NCBI RefSeq assembly: GCF_964213995.1
Contig: NC_135830.1
Coordinates: 15,996,001-16,060,000, forward strand
From: Mustelus asterias
Lineage: Eukaryota
Direction: 5' to 3'
DNA length: 64,000 nt
The translations under genes were made by a program, and so were the position numbers. The notes under the pieces were generated by a model that was given only the letters and a program-made list of their open reading frames with translations, was not told the DNA's origin and made no database searches. How positions within the stretch are numbered: position 1 is the first letter of the stretch; every line of letters starts with the position of its first letter. Positions 11,884-25,684 of this stretch are shown piece after piece.

Positions 11884-13050
11884 AAACGCAATCCTTGATT
11901 CAGCCGCCTTCAGTTCAAACAGCAGGAGGGCTCCACTGCAGACATCACTGCCAATATAATCGGCTGCTTCACTGACTCAACTGGTAATAATTTGAGGACG
12001 CTTCAACTTTGAATGCTCAAGTTAGTCGAATTGACAACGTAAATTCATTTGTGCGAATTATTCTTTGTATCATGGAACCTGTGTGAATATGTTGACTCAG
12101 TCCAGTCCTCAGCCCAGGTATCAGTGCCGTTGAAAATAAGGAGCCGTTTTCTCTGTTGGAATGGCACGCAGCAGCTCGGCTGTCTGCCCCTGAAATTCGC
12201 ACGTTTACTGCGCGCATCACAGCAGAGTGGAACAGAGACCTTTCCTTTTCCAGATCTCTGAATGTGACGCACTTTTTGCCAAGTGAAATCTATTAAGCGC
12301 AATGCTTGGTTACTGCGCGTTCCCTCCGGGGCAGTCACCACCCCGGGGCTTATCTTTGAGAATAGACTCGGTCGAGGGGACATCGAATAATGGGGTGTCT
12401 GTGAATTGCCAAAGTGGCTTGGCGATCATCGCTGAAACTGGAAATTACAATGAACTGTCTTTCTCTCTCTCTTTCTTTCTCTCCCACTCTCTCATTTACA
12501 GCATTAGATTAAGTCAAAAGCGTCTAGACTTTCGATGTTGACAGTGGAGAAATTGTCAGAAGGGAATGAATAAACGAGAAGGAGTTATGAGAGCCGAGAG
12601 ACAGGTTGAATGTTTGGTGGATGTGCTGGGAAGTGTGTGCGCGATATGAGTAGTGTGGAGGAGGTGAATAGGTTCGCGCTCTCTTGTGGCCGTGGCTGAC
12701 ATGATTGTGCAAGTTGAAGATTTTTAAAGTGCAGTTCCTGCCGTGAGCCCCAGGGGGCGGTAAATGTGAGGTGGATATTGAGGAGGCAAAGAATGGGGAG
12801 AGTGAGGAAAGTGGGAATTGCAGGATGGTGCGTGTGAGCGTGCAGGGCAGGTGGGGAGTTGGTTGGTCAAAAGTGTGTGTACTTGTTTTTGGTTTACTTG
12901 CGTAGTTTGCTGTGGTGATGGCATTGGATGTGAGAGTGAATGAAAGGGGCAGCAGAGGGAGTGAGTGTGGAGGCAGGAGAGAGGCATCGGGTTTCTCTGC
13001 ATTGATGGGAACGGCAAAATAGTTTGTTTGCTGCGATTGAAGGTGTGGAG

Positions 13051-13348
13051 AAAAGGATGCGTCTCGCTGCATTGGTCAGGCGGCACTGCTGTTACTATTC
13101 ACAGGTGCTATCCCACTGTCGAAGAGCACAGGGGATTTGACCTGCTCCGTTCCCGACCTGGGCCGGTTCACCCCTCCTTAGCACACCTGGTGCTCCCAGA
13201 GTCCTCTTGGAACACCATGCGGATACTGATCTTAGTGTGGACACCCGATCGGCACAGAGAACAACAGCCCAGAACTCCCGACCTCAAGCAATCCAGCAGC
13301 CTCAGCCTCCCAGCAGCGGGATTACAGGTGCGCGCCACAGCACCCGGC
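13051..13348 (-). ncRNA. RN7SL: Full-length 7SL / SRP RNA gene (divergent), 298 nt including the TTTT terminator
   Basis: Has the 5' Alu domain GCCGGG..., the S-domain CTAAGGAGGGGTGAACCGGCCCAGGTCGGGAACGGAGCAGGTCAAA, and a 3' end GCGAGACGCATCC-TTTT (Pol III terminator). No poly(A) tail or TSD. Confidence 0.9.
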
Positions 13349-13764
13349 AAACGCAATCCTTGATTCAGCCGCCTTCAGTTCAAACAGCAGCAAGAGCTCG
13401 AATGCAGACATCACTGCAAATATAATAGGCTGCTTCACCGACTCAACTGACCATAATTTGAGGAAGCTTCAACTTTGTGTGCTCAAGTTAGTCTAATTGA
13501 CATCTTAAAATTCATTTGTGCGAATTTTTGTTTGTATTCATGGAACCTGTGTGAATATGTTCACTCAGTCCAGTCCTCAGCCCAGGTATCAGTGCCGTTG
13601 AAAATAAGGAGCCGTTTTCCCTGTTGGAATGGCACGCAGCAGCTCGGCTGTCTGCCCCTGAAATACACGCGTTTACTGCGCGCATCACAGCAGAGTGGAA
13701 CAGAGACCTTTCCTTTTCCAGATCTCTGAATGTGACGCAGTGTTTTGCCAAGTGGAAGCTATGA

Positions 13765-14635
13765 TACCAGAAGACCATGAGACATAGAACATAGATAAAC
13801 TACAGCACAAACAAGCCCTTCGGCCCACAAGTTGCGCCGGTCATGTCCCTACCTACCTCGGCCTATATATAGGCTTACCTATAACCCTCAATCCTATTAA
13901 GTCCCATGTACTCATCCAGGAGTCTCTTAAAAGACCCTAACGAGTTTGCCTCCACCACCATTGACGGCAGCCGATTCCACTCACCCACCACCCTCCGAGT
14001 GAAAAACTTACCTCTAACATCTCCCCTGTACCTACTCCCCAGGACCTTAAACCTGTGTCCTCTCGTAGCAGCCATTTCAGCCCTGGGAAAAAGCCTCTGA
14101 GAATCCACCCGATCTGTACCTCTCAACATCTTGTACAGCTCTATCACGTCACCTCTCATCCTTCGTCTCTCCAAGGAGAAAAGACCGAGCTCCCTCAACC
14201 TATCCTGATAAGGCATGCCACCCAATCCAGGCAACATCCTTGTAAATCTTCTCTGCACTCTTTCAATAATTTCTACATCCTTCCTGTAATGAGGCGACCA
14301 GAACGGAGCACAATACTCTACGTGGCGTCTGACGAGGGTCTTATAAAGCTGCATCATTATCTCCCGACTCCTAAACTCAATCCCTCGATTGATGAAGGCC
14401 AGCACACCATACGCCTTCTTAACCACCTCCTCTACCTGTGAGGCCGATTTAAGAGTCCTATGGACCTGAACCCCAAGGGCCTTCTGATCCTCTGCACTGC
14501 TTACCCTTGATATTATACTCCTTCATCCCATTTGACCTGCCAAAATGTACCACTGCACATTTATCCGGGTTCCAAAATGTACCACTGCACATTTATCCGG
14601 GTTCCAAAATGTCCCACTGCACATTTATCTGGGTT
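13765..14635 (-). mobile_element. 5'-truncated CR1 LINE 3' fragment with a triplicated 32-bp 5' end
   Basis: ORF 13875-14426 encodes the CR1 RT C-terminus. The CATAGAACATAG tail is at ~13783, and three 32-bp units start at 14540, 14572 and 14604. Confidence 0.9.
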
Positions 14636-15007
14636 ATCTGTGTTGTTTAAGTTTTTATGTAAACTTTTATCGTGCCTGTATAATATTTCACTCCTTTGTT
14701 TAGGTTCCTTCACAATTGAATTTCATAATGGACACCTCACTGTGAAGAGGTCAGTCAGAATTATCAGCAAGGATTAATCAGCACTTTCTCATTGGAGATG
14801 TTAATCAGTGGAATCTCTCACACACAGATTTGCAGAAAAGATTAATTAATTTAGGACTGAAGTAAAGTTCGTAATTTTATTGTTAACTTTATGAACAGGT
14901 TCTTGTTGAGGATTCTTGAATTAAGGAGAAAGATCACAGAAGGTGCTTTTAAAAAGGAACATTGCAGCTCTGAAAATCAGTGACATCTCCAGAATATTAA
15001 ACTCCAA

Positions 15008-15280
15008 CCACGGTGGCACAGTGGTTAGCACTGCTACCTCTTATTACCAGCGATCCGGGTTCGATTCCGGGCTTGGGTCATTGTGTGGAGTTTGCATGTT
15101 CTCCCCGTGCTTTGTAGATTTCTTCCAGGTGCCCCTGTTCCCTCCCACAGTCTGAAAGATGTGCTAGTTAGGTGCATTAACCCGAACAGGCACCGGAGTT
15201 TGGTGATTAGGGGCATTTCTCAGTAAGTTCATTGCAGTGTTAATGAAGCCTTGCTTGTGACTAATAATTTTTTTTTAAAA
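15008..15280 (+). mobile_element. HE1-like SINE
   Basis: CACGGTGGCACAGTGGTTAGCACTGCT head, GGTTCGATTCC B box and V-domain. Confidence 0.85.
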
Positions 15281-15389
15281 AAACTTTAAAGTTATAGGGA
15301 TGATAACATCAGCAGAAACAAACCAGATATTGTCAGACTATCAATCCAGGCTGTGATTAAAAGCAGAATCCAATCCTTGCAGTCTATTA

Positions 15390-17070
<1,681 letters not shown>

Positions 17071-17309
17071 GTGATGATATTCAGGTCCTGGTGAACCAGC
17101 TGACTGTCAGATGAAATTTGGCATGAATTTTGGTTTCCCATCTGTAATCCTCTTAATATTCTGTAAAAGGAGTTCACAAAAGTCATCACTGACAGTCCAT
17201 TTTGAACAGACAATTCCAGTTTCTCCTGAACATTTTTTCCTCTCTCGTTCCCCCAAATCTGTAAATCTCGTCCCACCCACTCTCCCTCCTCCCCGGGCTG
17301 AAATCCAAA

Positions 17310-17473
17310 GTAAGAGTTTTAACAACACCAGGAAATTTCCACTCCATCTTACGAAGGAGCAGCGCTCCGAAAGCTAATGGCATTTGCCACCAAATAAACC
17401 TGTTGGATTTTAACGTGGTGTTGTTAAAACTCTTACTGTGTTTACCCCAGTCCAACGCCGGCATCTCCACATC
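17310..17473. mobile_element. Penelope-derived fold-back mini-element with a hammerhead motif and 12-bp TSD
   Basis: Flanked by CTGAAATCCAAA (17298-17309 and 17474-17485). Internal inverted arms. Contains CCAT-CTTACGA-A-GGAGC AGC GCTCC-GAAAGCTA-ATGG. Confidence 0.7.
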
Positions 17474-17599
17474 CTGAAATCCAAACCCATCTCCCCATTT
17501 CTTTCATCCACTCCCAGTTTTCTCCCTCCCTCTCCTCTGTCTGGGTTCAGTTCTCCAGCTCCTGTCTGCAGACTGACAATAAAACCAATGGGTCTTATT

Positions 17600-17900
17600 G
17601 GGGGTGTTGGGGCCTCCAGCGGGTGTTTGTGAATCCTCCCCGCCCACCTCACAATGCCCCGGGGTGATTGACGGCAGGTCCGGACCAATAAAACAGGGAG
17701 CGGTTGGTCCTCCAACCAATCGGAGGGGGGGGGGGGGGCCGGGGTGGCGGCGGGAGGCCCGAGGCTTTCTCAGTGCGCATGCTCCGGGCCGCACAGGATC
17801 CCGATGGAGGGAATCTGGGCCTGTTCTGGGGAAAAGCCCGAGCTGATTTCCCCGGTTCACAACCCGCTCCCGAGCTTTGTATTCGGGGCTTGGGGCCTGA
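17600..17900 (-). promoter_or_regulatory. CpG-rich promoter/first-intron region of the 15.4-17.1 kb ZF pseudogene
   Basis: CCAAT boxes and NRF1-like TGCGCATGCTC. Shares GGCCTCCAGCGGGTGTTT with the 4860-5170 promoter. Confidence 0.55.
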
Positions 17901-17904
17901 CATC

Positions 17905-18685
17905 CACCGGCCGGCTCCATCCCCCCCTCATTCCCCACCCGCCGGCTCCGTCCCCCCCTCATTCCCCACCCGCCGGCTCCATCCCCCCCTCATTCCCCAC
18001 CCGCCGGCTCCGTCCCTCCCTCATTCCCCACCCGCCGGCTCCGTCCCTCCCTCATTCCCCACCCGCCGGCTCCATCCCCCCCTCATTCCCCACCCGCTGG
18101 CTCCGTCCCTCCCTCATTCCCCACCCGCCGGCTCCATCCCCCCCCTCATTCCCCACCCGCCGGCTCCATCCCCTCCCTCATTCCCCACCCGCCAGCTCCA
18201 TCCCCCCCTCATTCCCCACCCGCCGGCTCCATCCCCCCTTCATTCCCCACCCACCGGCTCCATCCCTCCCTCATTCCCCACCCGCCGGCTCCATCCCTCC
18301 CTCATTCCCCACCCGCCGGCTCCATCCCCCCCATTCCCCACTCGCCGGCTCCATCCCCCCCTCATTCCCCACCCGCCGGCTCCATCCCCCCCTCATTCCC
18401 CACCCGTCGGCTCCATCCCCCCCTCTTCCCCCACCGCCGGCTCCATCCCCCCCTCTTCCCCCACCGCCGGCTCCATCCCACCCTCATTCCCCACCCACCG
18501 GATCCATCCAAAGAACAAAGAACAATACAGCACAGGAACAGGCCCTTTGGCCCTCCAAGCCCATGCCGCTCCCTGGTCCAAACTAGACCATTCTTTTGTA
18601 TCCCTCCATTCCCACCCACCGGCTCCGTCCCTCCCTCATTCCCCACCCGCCGGCTCCATCCCCCCCTCATTCCCCACCCGCCGGT
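17905..18685. repeat. C-rich minisatellite, ~31-32-bp unit CCCCACCCGCCGGCTCCRTCCCYCCCTCATT, with a ~95-bp CR1 3'-tail insertion (18509-18605)
   Basis: About 20 tandem copies are directly visible. The insert begins AAAGAACAAAGAACAATACAGCACAGGAACAGGCCCTTTGGCCC. Confidence 0.9.
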
Positions 18686-18844
18686 TTCTGATGCAATGAG
18701 AATTTCCAGCGCCTCAATCCTGAGCTCCCAGCGGCACTGCGCATGCTCCACATCACAATGCCCGGGCAGTGATTGACGGTAACTCTGGACCAATAGGATG
18801 AGGGGGCGGAGCTGGAGGACCGAGCGGGAGCAGCTGGTCCTCCG

Positions 18845-19120
18845 AACAGTGGTTACCGTTGCTGCCTCATGGCGCCAGGGACCCGGGTTCAATTCTGGCC
18901 TCGGGTGTGGAGTTTGCATGTTCTCCCCGAATTTAACGTGGGTTTCCTCCGGTTTCCTCCCACAGCTCAAACATGTACGGATTTCATGGATTGACCATGA
19001 TGAATATGTGGGGTTGCGGAGATAGGACAGAGGAAACGGCCTGGGTGAATGCTGGTTCGGCGAGTCGGTGCAGACCAGATGGGCTGAAGGGCCTCTTTCT
19101 CCACTGTCGGGATTCTATGG
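18845..19120 (+). mobile_element. HE1-like SINE
   Basis: A/B boxes, V-domain and a GGATTCTATG tail. Confidence 0.8.
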
Positions 19121-20169
19121 TTCAATCGGAGTGAATGAGGGAAATATCTGAGCCCAGATTGGCGGAGACTCTGCATCATTTTGAAAGCTGCTTTCTTTCA
19201 AACTCCACGAGAAAAATGGACCTTTTTGTTTGTGGCTTTAAGCAGATGATGGGAAAGGAAGGGATCTGGGAAGTAGCAGACACTTTATGTTGCTTTGGGA
19301 GAGTGGGACCTGTGTAGATGTCATGTTTCACACAACACACAGTCAGCTTGTGGTTTCAGCCTGAAGACAAATCTCCTAATTGTATAATTGAAATCAGTCA
19401 ATGGAATTTTCAGGAAATTGTCTGCTTGGAGAGGAAGATTTATGTTACAGTAAATGAAAAGCAGAACAGACTGACACCTAAACACAGAGATCCACAAACA
19501 CTCTCTCCCTCTGTCTCACATAGAAGCATCCTTTCCTCACATACAGATACAGGCACATGCGCACAGCTATATTCCTCAATACTCACACGCTCACGTATAC
19601 ACCAACTCCCACACATAAACACACAAGGGATACTTCATGTCCTTTTGGGCAGACAACACCTGCCAACCTGACTAATTTTGGAGTTAAAGTGTTCATGTCA
19701 GGGCCAAAAATTGCAAGGGATTCAAGGAAAAAATGATGCTCCAAAGATGATGTTGTTTTGACCATTCAATTCCACCTCTTTATTTGAACCTTAAATCTAT
19801 ACTGAACCACGCTTGGTACAGATACAACAGCAAAACATTAACATTGAGTGATCATTGCCACCTATGCAGTGTATAGACTGAGGTGATCAATCATATATTT
19901 GCTGTCAGGCATGGAAATGTTTGTCTGAAAAATGTAATGCCAGTGTGGTGGAAATCTGAGAAGTGATACATATCTTGATATATTTGGATACATGTTTGGA
20001 TTTTGATCTCTGGAAATTGGGGAGTATTTGTGCAGAATTGTCCCTCATGAAATTAAATGAGTGTGGTAAAGTCCATGATGAGATGGACATGCAGAAGAGC
20101 AGAAGAAATGGACTTGAAGTCAAATGATCATTTCTCACAACTACAAGATTTATTGCAGTGATTAGTCAA

Positions 20170-20465
20170 GGCTCCTCCAATTGCACCTTCCAATCTTGTG
20201 AACTCTGAACCTAAAAGATCATGGACAGCAGGTGTGTATGAACTCCACCGCCTTCACGTTCCCCTCCAAATTGCACACCATCCTGACTTGGAATTATATT
20301 GCTATTATATTGCATTGCATCATTGTCACTGCATTGAAATCGTGGATCACCTCCCAAAGAGAAGTGGGGCGTGTACTGACACCATATGGACTGCAGCTGA
20401 TCAAGAAGTTGGCTCACCACCATTTTGGAGTGTGGCTTTTGCCAGCCACACCCACATATCATGAA
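20170..20465 (+). mobile_element. Old CR1/L2-group LINE 3' remnant
   Basis: Similar to the reverse complement of 56060-56230 (CACACCATCCTGACTTGGAA..., CAAGAAG..GCTCACCACCA). Confidence 0.5.
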
Positions 20466-20677
20466 GTAAAAATCCATGTGTGCTAATCTTAACACCTTGT
20501 GAAGTAAACCTCAAAATTTCAAAATACCCCACTCATTGAGGGAAATATGCAAAGCTAATGTGTAAAAAGTAGCTGCATCTTGCTTGTTTCTGTACAGGAT
20601 TTAGATATTACTATTTCCACAGCCTTCAGTAAAATCAATGGCATAAAATCAATTTCCGAAATAATTGAGATTCTAAG

Positions 20678-20975
20678 GGCAGCACAGTGGTTAGCACTAC
20701 TGCCTCACAGCGCCAGTGACCCAGGTTTGATTCCTGGCTTGGGGCACTGTCTTTGCAGAATATGCCTGTTCTGCCAGTGTCTGTGTGTGTTTTCCTTCTT
20801 GGTGCTCTGGTTTCCTGCCACAGTCCAAAGACGTGCTGGTTGGGTGCATTGGTCATGCTAAATTCTCCCTCAGCGTACCTGAACAGATGCTGGAGTGTGG
20901 CGATGAGGGGATTTTCACAGGAACTTCATTGCAGTGGTAATGTAAGCCCAGTTGTGACACTAATAAATAAAATAA
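20678..20975 (+). mobile_element. HE1-like SINE (alternative tail)
   Basis: HE1 head with the tail GGGGATTTTCACAG...GTGACACTAATAAA. Confidence 0.85.
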
Positions 20976-21569
20976 ATTGTGTTATGAGCCCCATTTGGAG
21001 ATAGTATGCAATATATAATTTAATTCTGGGATAATTGCAGTCACTAACTTTCCTCTTGTAATTTTGGCAGATCATAGATGCTAAATCCTGTCACACTAAT
21101 GGCCTAGTTATTGAAGGAAATTCTGAGACAGGCTACAAGGAGACAGAGCATAATGTTGTTGTGACACTGTGATCCAATATTCCCCTCGCATTGACCATAG
21201 CTGCTCCAATGTGTTAGAACATTGCACTTTATCTAACAGTCACCGTTCACATTGTACATCTTCATAATTAATTGCAGTATTCCTGATATTCATGTGCTAC
21301 TGAGATACCAGTGAGTTCACATATGACTGTAGGAGAGGGTTTCTGTTCTTATTTCTACCTTCAGGTGACTTTCGATTTCTGAACAATTCCAATTTCCTTC
21401 TCTGAATTGAGATAATGGTCTGTACAATCAGGTCTCTATATGATATGTATCCTAGTTTTATTATTGGCCCTTCAGCCCCAGCTTGCACGCGATAACAACA
21501 AAGAAATCACGACAAACCATTTGTTCTATTCAATGGCAGGGCGTTTACCCAGCGTCCCAAGCGACGAGG

Positions 21570-21900
21570 AATGCCTCCGATCCAGGCAATCACGACCGCG
21601 CAGGCGCAGTAGTGACCGTGTTCTGAGCATGCGCAGAGGGAGTGCTGGGGAGTCGAAGTTGTTGTTTCTTGTCTCCGTGGCGGGTAAGGAAGCGGCGTGT
21701 CTGAGGGAGCGATGGGCGCAAAGGGAGGGCGGTAAGGTTTCATGAACACTTCGTGAATTCAAACCTCAAACACGAAGGTCCTGGGCCAGTCCCGGGTTTG
21801 TCCAGAGCCATTCTACTTCTGCAGAGACAAGCATGGATAAACGGCCGCCATCTTTAATGGGGCGATGCGCAGCAATGCGCATGCGCGGCGCTCCCTGTCA
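21570..21900 (+). promoter_or_regulatory. CpG promoter and first exon of the ZF gene at 22566 (donor GTAAGG at 21684)
   Basis: NRF1-like GCATGCGC (21627, 21878), YY1 motif GCCGCCATCTT (~21844) and a donor GCGG|GTAAGG. Confidence 0.7.
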
Positions 21901-21927
21901 GCAGGAGGAGAGAAGGTTCTGATTTTC

Positions 21928-22222
21928 ACAGAATCCCAACAGCGCAGAAAGAGGCCATTCGGCCCATCGAGTCTGCACCGACCACAATCCCACCCAGGCC
22001 CCATCCCCTTAACCCTATGCATTTACCCTAGCTAGTCCCCCTGACACGAAGGGGCAATTTAACATGGTCAATCCACCTAACCTGTGGGAGGAAACAGGAG
22101 CACCCGGAGGAAACCCATACAGATGTCTAGGAGGAAAATGTACAAACTCCACACTGACAGTGACCCACGCCGGGAATCGAATCCATGTCCCTGCTGCTGT
22201 GAGGCAGCAGTGCCACCGTGCC
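21928..22222 (-). mobile_element. HE1-like SINE
   Basis: Reverse-complement head, V-domain and tail. Confidence 0.85.
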
Positions 22223-22565
22223 ACTCCCTCATTTAAAGGTCAGTGTTTTGTGCAGACCCAGACTGAGTGGCAGGTTCCTTTCCCTGAAGGACATTAATGT
22301 ACCGGTTGCGTTTTTACAAAAATCCAGCAGCTTTCATGGTCACTTTTTCCTTCATGCTGTCCCCATAAATTACCAGATTTATTCAGCTCAATTTCACAAC
22401 CTGCCTTTGTGTTTTTGTGGGTTATCTCTCACTCCCTTGTTTCTGTTTTAAATCAATTTCACAGGTTTTAGGAGGACTTGCAGTCAGGAAATTCAAACCA
22501 TACATCACATCCGGACCTGGCAGTCGCACAACTTATCACAACGTGAATATCATCGGATTTTGAAC

Positions 22566-23828
22566 ATGGAAGGAAAAAGCACCATTCACAGTGGAGAGAA
22601 ACCGTACGTGTGTTCTGTGTGTGGACGAGGCTTCAACCAATCATCTGACCTGTTGAGACACAAGCGCAGTCACACCAGGAAGAAACCGTGGAAATGTGAG
22701 GATTGTGGGAAGGGATTCAGATCCCCATCTCACCTTGAAAAGCATTGCCGCTGTCACACTGGGGAGAAGCCATTCACCTGCTCTGACTGTGGGAAGGGAT
22801 TCACTCAGTTAACCAACTTGCTGACACACCAGCGAGTTCACAGTGGGGAGAGGCCATTGGCCTCCTCTGAGTGTGCAATGAAACGCCAACGAGTTCACAC
22901 CGGGGAGAAGCCATTCATCTGCTCCGAGTGTGGGAAGAGATTCTCAAGGTCCTCTAACCTGCTGATGCACCAGCGAGTTCACACTGAAGAGAAACCTTTT
23001 AAATGCTCAGACTGTGGGAAGTGCTATAAAAGTTCTGGGGAACTTTTGTCCCATCAACGTGTTCACACTGATGCGAGACCGTTCAGGTGCTCTCACTGCG
23101 GGAGTGGGTTCAAGACATCCTCTGCCCTAACTAAACACCAACGCACTCACACTGATGAGAGACCTTTCAGATGCTCTCAGTGTGGCACTGCATTCAGGCA
23201 AATGAGTAACCTGTCTGAACACCAGCGCACTCACACTGCGGAGAGGCCATTCACTTGCTCTCAGTGTGGGAAGGGATTTGCTCATTCATCTACCCTGCAG
23301 AGACACCAGCGAGTTCACACTCACGAGAAACCTTACATCTGCTCCAAATGTGGAAGAGGATTCACTCAGTTATCGACCCTGCTGAAACACCAGCAAGTTC
23401 ACACTACTGAGAGACCATTTAAATGTCCAGACTGTGGGAAGAGCTATAAAAGTTCTGGGGAACTGATGCGCCATCAACGTGTTCACACTGATGAGAGACC
23501 GTTCAGGTGCTCTCACTGTAAGACTGGGTTCAAGACATCATCTGCCCTCACTTCACACCAGCGCACTCACACTGAGGAGAGACCGTTTAAATGCCCAGAC
23601 TGTGGGAAATGCTATAAAAGTTCAGGGGAACTGGTACGTCATCAACGTGTTCACACTGGGGAGAGACCGTTCAGGTGCTCTGACTGTGGGACTAGGTTCA
23701 GAGAATTATCTCATCTCACTGTGCACCGGCGCACTCACACTGGGGAGAGGCCATTCACCTGCTCTGTGTGTGGGAAGGGATTTGCTTCTTCATCCAACCT
23801 GCTGACACACCAGCGAGTTCATAAATGA
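22566..23828 (+). CDS. Intact KRAB-less tandem C2H2 zinc-finger protein (~420 aa, 14 complete fingers plus one internally deleted finger)
   Basis: Open [17 protein letters not shown]...HQRVHK*. The acceptor TTTCACAG| is at 22464, the single coding exon is all fingers, and an upstream CpG promoter is present. Confidence 0.9.
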   Translation: MEGKSTIHSGEKPYVCSVCGRGFNQSSDLLRHKRSHTRKKPWKCEDCGKGFRSPSHLEKHCRCHTGEKPFTCSDCGKGFTQLTNLLTHQRVHSGERPLASSECAMKRQRVHTGEKPFICSECGKRFSRSSNLLMHQRVHTEEKPFKCSDCGKCYKSSGELLSHQRVHTDARPFRCSHCGSGFKTSSALTKHQRTHTDERPFRCSQCGTAFRQMSNLSEHQRTHTAERPFTCSQCGKGFAHSSTLQRHQRVHTHEKPYICSKCGRGFTQLSTLLKHQQVHTTERPFKCPDCGKSYKSSGELMRHQRVHTDERPFRCSHCKTGFKTSSALTSHQRTHTEERPFKCPDCGKCYKSSGELVRHQRVHTGERPFRCSDCGTRFRELSHLTVHRRTHTGERPFTCSVCGKGFASSSNLLTHQRVHK

Positions 23829-24144
23829 CGACAGTGATTGGATTTTGCCATTATTTACATCCAGAAATGAAGCATGTCGATTGGGCTGTGTTTCGGCTGA
23901 TGTTCATAAACTCCATCTCAGCTGAGTTAATATTCCAGATAAATGTTAAATCAATCAGATTTGTGTTGAATCTTTTTAATATCTCGAACATAGGTCAATT
24001 CCTACTGAAGGTCTCTCCCTCACCCTTGTCTCCTCCATCCTCACCTCCAGCAACAAGCGAGGAGTTCATGGAGCTTCTTTGTCATTAAGCTTGAGACAAT
24101 CTGATCAGCTGTTTCTGCTGCTTCCCTCCCTTCCACAAGCCCAC

Positions 24145-24345
24145 CGGGCCAAACTGTCTTTACCGTGGTCAATCCACCCGACCTACTCATCTTTGGACTG
24201 TGGGAAACCGGAGCACCCGAAGGAAACCCACGCAGACATGGGAGAATGGACAAATTCGACAAAGACAGTCCCCTGAGGTCGGAATTGAACCCGGGTCGCC
24301 GGTGCTGTGAGGCAGCAGTGCTAACCACTGTGCCACCGTGCTGCC
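24145..24345 (-). mobile_element. HE1-like SINE
   Basis: GTGAGGCAGCAGTGCTAACCACTGTGCCACCGTG (reverse-complement head). Confidence 0.85.
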
Positions 24346-24511
24346 TACCTCATCTACTAACACCTCAATGAGTTCATGTGTCTTCAGGAGCTGCATTCTG
24401 CAGTTATTGCTGCTGTTAATCACATTCAAGACAAAATGTGTGGGATATTCCTGAGGTGTGTAAGAAATGTATCCCAACCACTCTCTTCCATGGTTCAGAG
24501 CTCCTCAACAC

Positions 24512-24830
24512 AGGCGGCACTGTGGCACAGTGGTTGGAATGCTGCCTCACAGCTCCAGGGACCCGGGTTCAATTTCCAGCTTGGGTCACTGTCTGTGTGG
24601 AGTTTGCACATTTTCCCCATGTCTGCGTGGGTTTCCTCCGGGTGCTCCGGTTTCCTCCCACAGTCCAAAGATGTGAGGGTTAGGTGAATTGGCCATGATA
24701 AAATTCCCCTTAGTGTCGGGGCACTAGCTAAGATAAATTCATGGCGTTATGGGGATAGGGCCTGGGTAGGATTGTGGTCAGTGCAGATTCGATGGACCGA
24801 ATGGCCTCCTTCTGCATTGTAGGATTCTAA
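24512..24830 (+). mobile_element. HE1-like SINE
   Basis: Full head, V-domain and tail. Confidence 0.85.
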
Positions 24831-25004
24831 GACACGGAACAAAGACTCCTTTACAACTGTGTTTAGAGTTGTGAAGAACAGCGGTGAATGCTGGCAGTGT
24901 GCTGTTAAATTAAAGATTGGTTTAAATCTGGGATCTGTTCCTGAAACAGCAGGTTTAAATTTGCAGACTGAAAATGACTGGTCAACATTTTGTGAAGATT
25001 ATTT

Positions 25005-25385
25005 TTAATTCATTGCTTGTGGCCTATCCCTAACTGCCCTTGAACTGAGCAGCTTGCTTGCTGGACCATTCCAGAGTCAACCACATCGTGTGGACCTGGA
25101 GTCACATGAAAGACTTACAGATGCTGCCAGACCTGCTGAGATTTTCCAGCATCCTCTGGTCTTATCCTGGAGTCGTATAAATTCCTTCCCTAAAGGGCAT
25201 CAGTGATCATCGGTGAACCAAATGGGTTTGAACAGCAATGGTTTCATGGTCATCGCTAGACCTTTAATTACAGACTTTTATTGACTTCAGATTTCACCAT
25301 TTGCTGTGGTGTGATTGGAAGCTGGCTCCCCAGAGCATTACCCTCGGACTCTGGGTTACGAGCCCAGTGACAATACCACCACACC
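25005..25385 (-). mobile_element. Second tRNA-derived SINE family (same as 37719-38095), interrupted by a Penelope-type fragment
   Basis: TTCCTTCCCTAAAGGGCATCAGTGA...GAACCAAATGGGTTT matches the reverse complement of the 37719 element core. Confidence 0.6.
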
Positions 25386-25684
25386 ATCAGATTGAGAGCA
25401 TTTGTGTGACAGTCCTGAGTCTACAACTTTCAGGCCTGTGTTAATATGTTTAAAATAAACCGTTTTAAAATAAATCAATTCAAGTCTACATTACATACTA
25501 GTTGAAGGAATTCACAGGAGCCTGGGACAATTATACAACAGACATGAGGAGCTGCAGTGTGTTTGCAGGAATGCCCTGTTTTATTGATGTGTGTGTGTTC
25601 TGACACCAGGATAACTAAAAATACACAAACCTAGAACATTCCCTGACTCCATTCCCAACAGTTTCTCTGGGATTACTCCTTCTG

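Noticed and set aside
17704-18699. 331-aa and 280-aa proline-rich ORFs
   Set aside because: They are translations of the C-rich minisatellite, open in several frames, with no gene structure.
21629-21683. In-frame upstream ATG extending the ZF protein via exon 1
   Set aside because: It splices in frame, but the ATG lies inside an NRF1-like motif that is probably upstream of the TSS, and paralogs do not preserve this frame.
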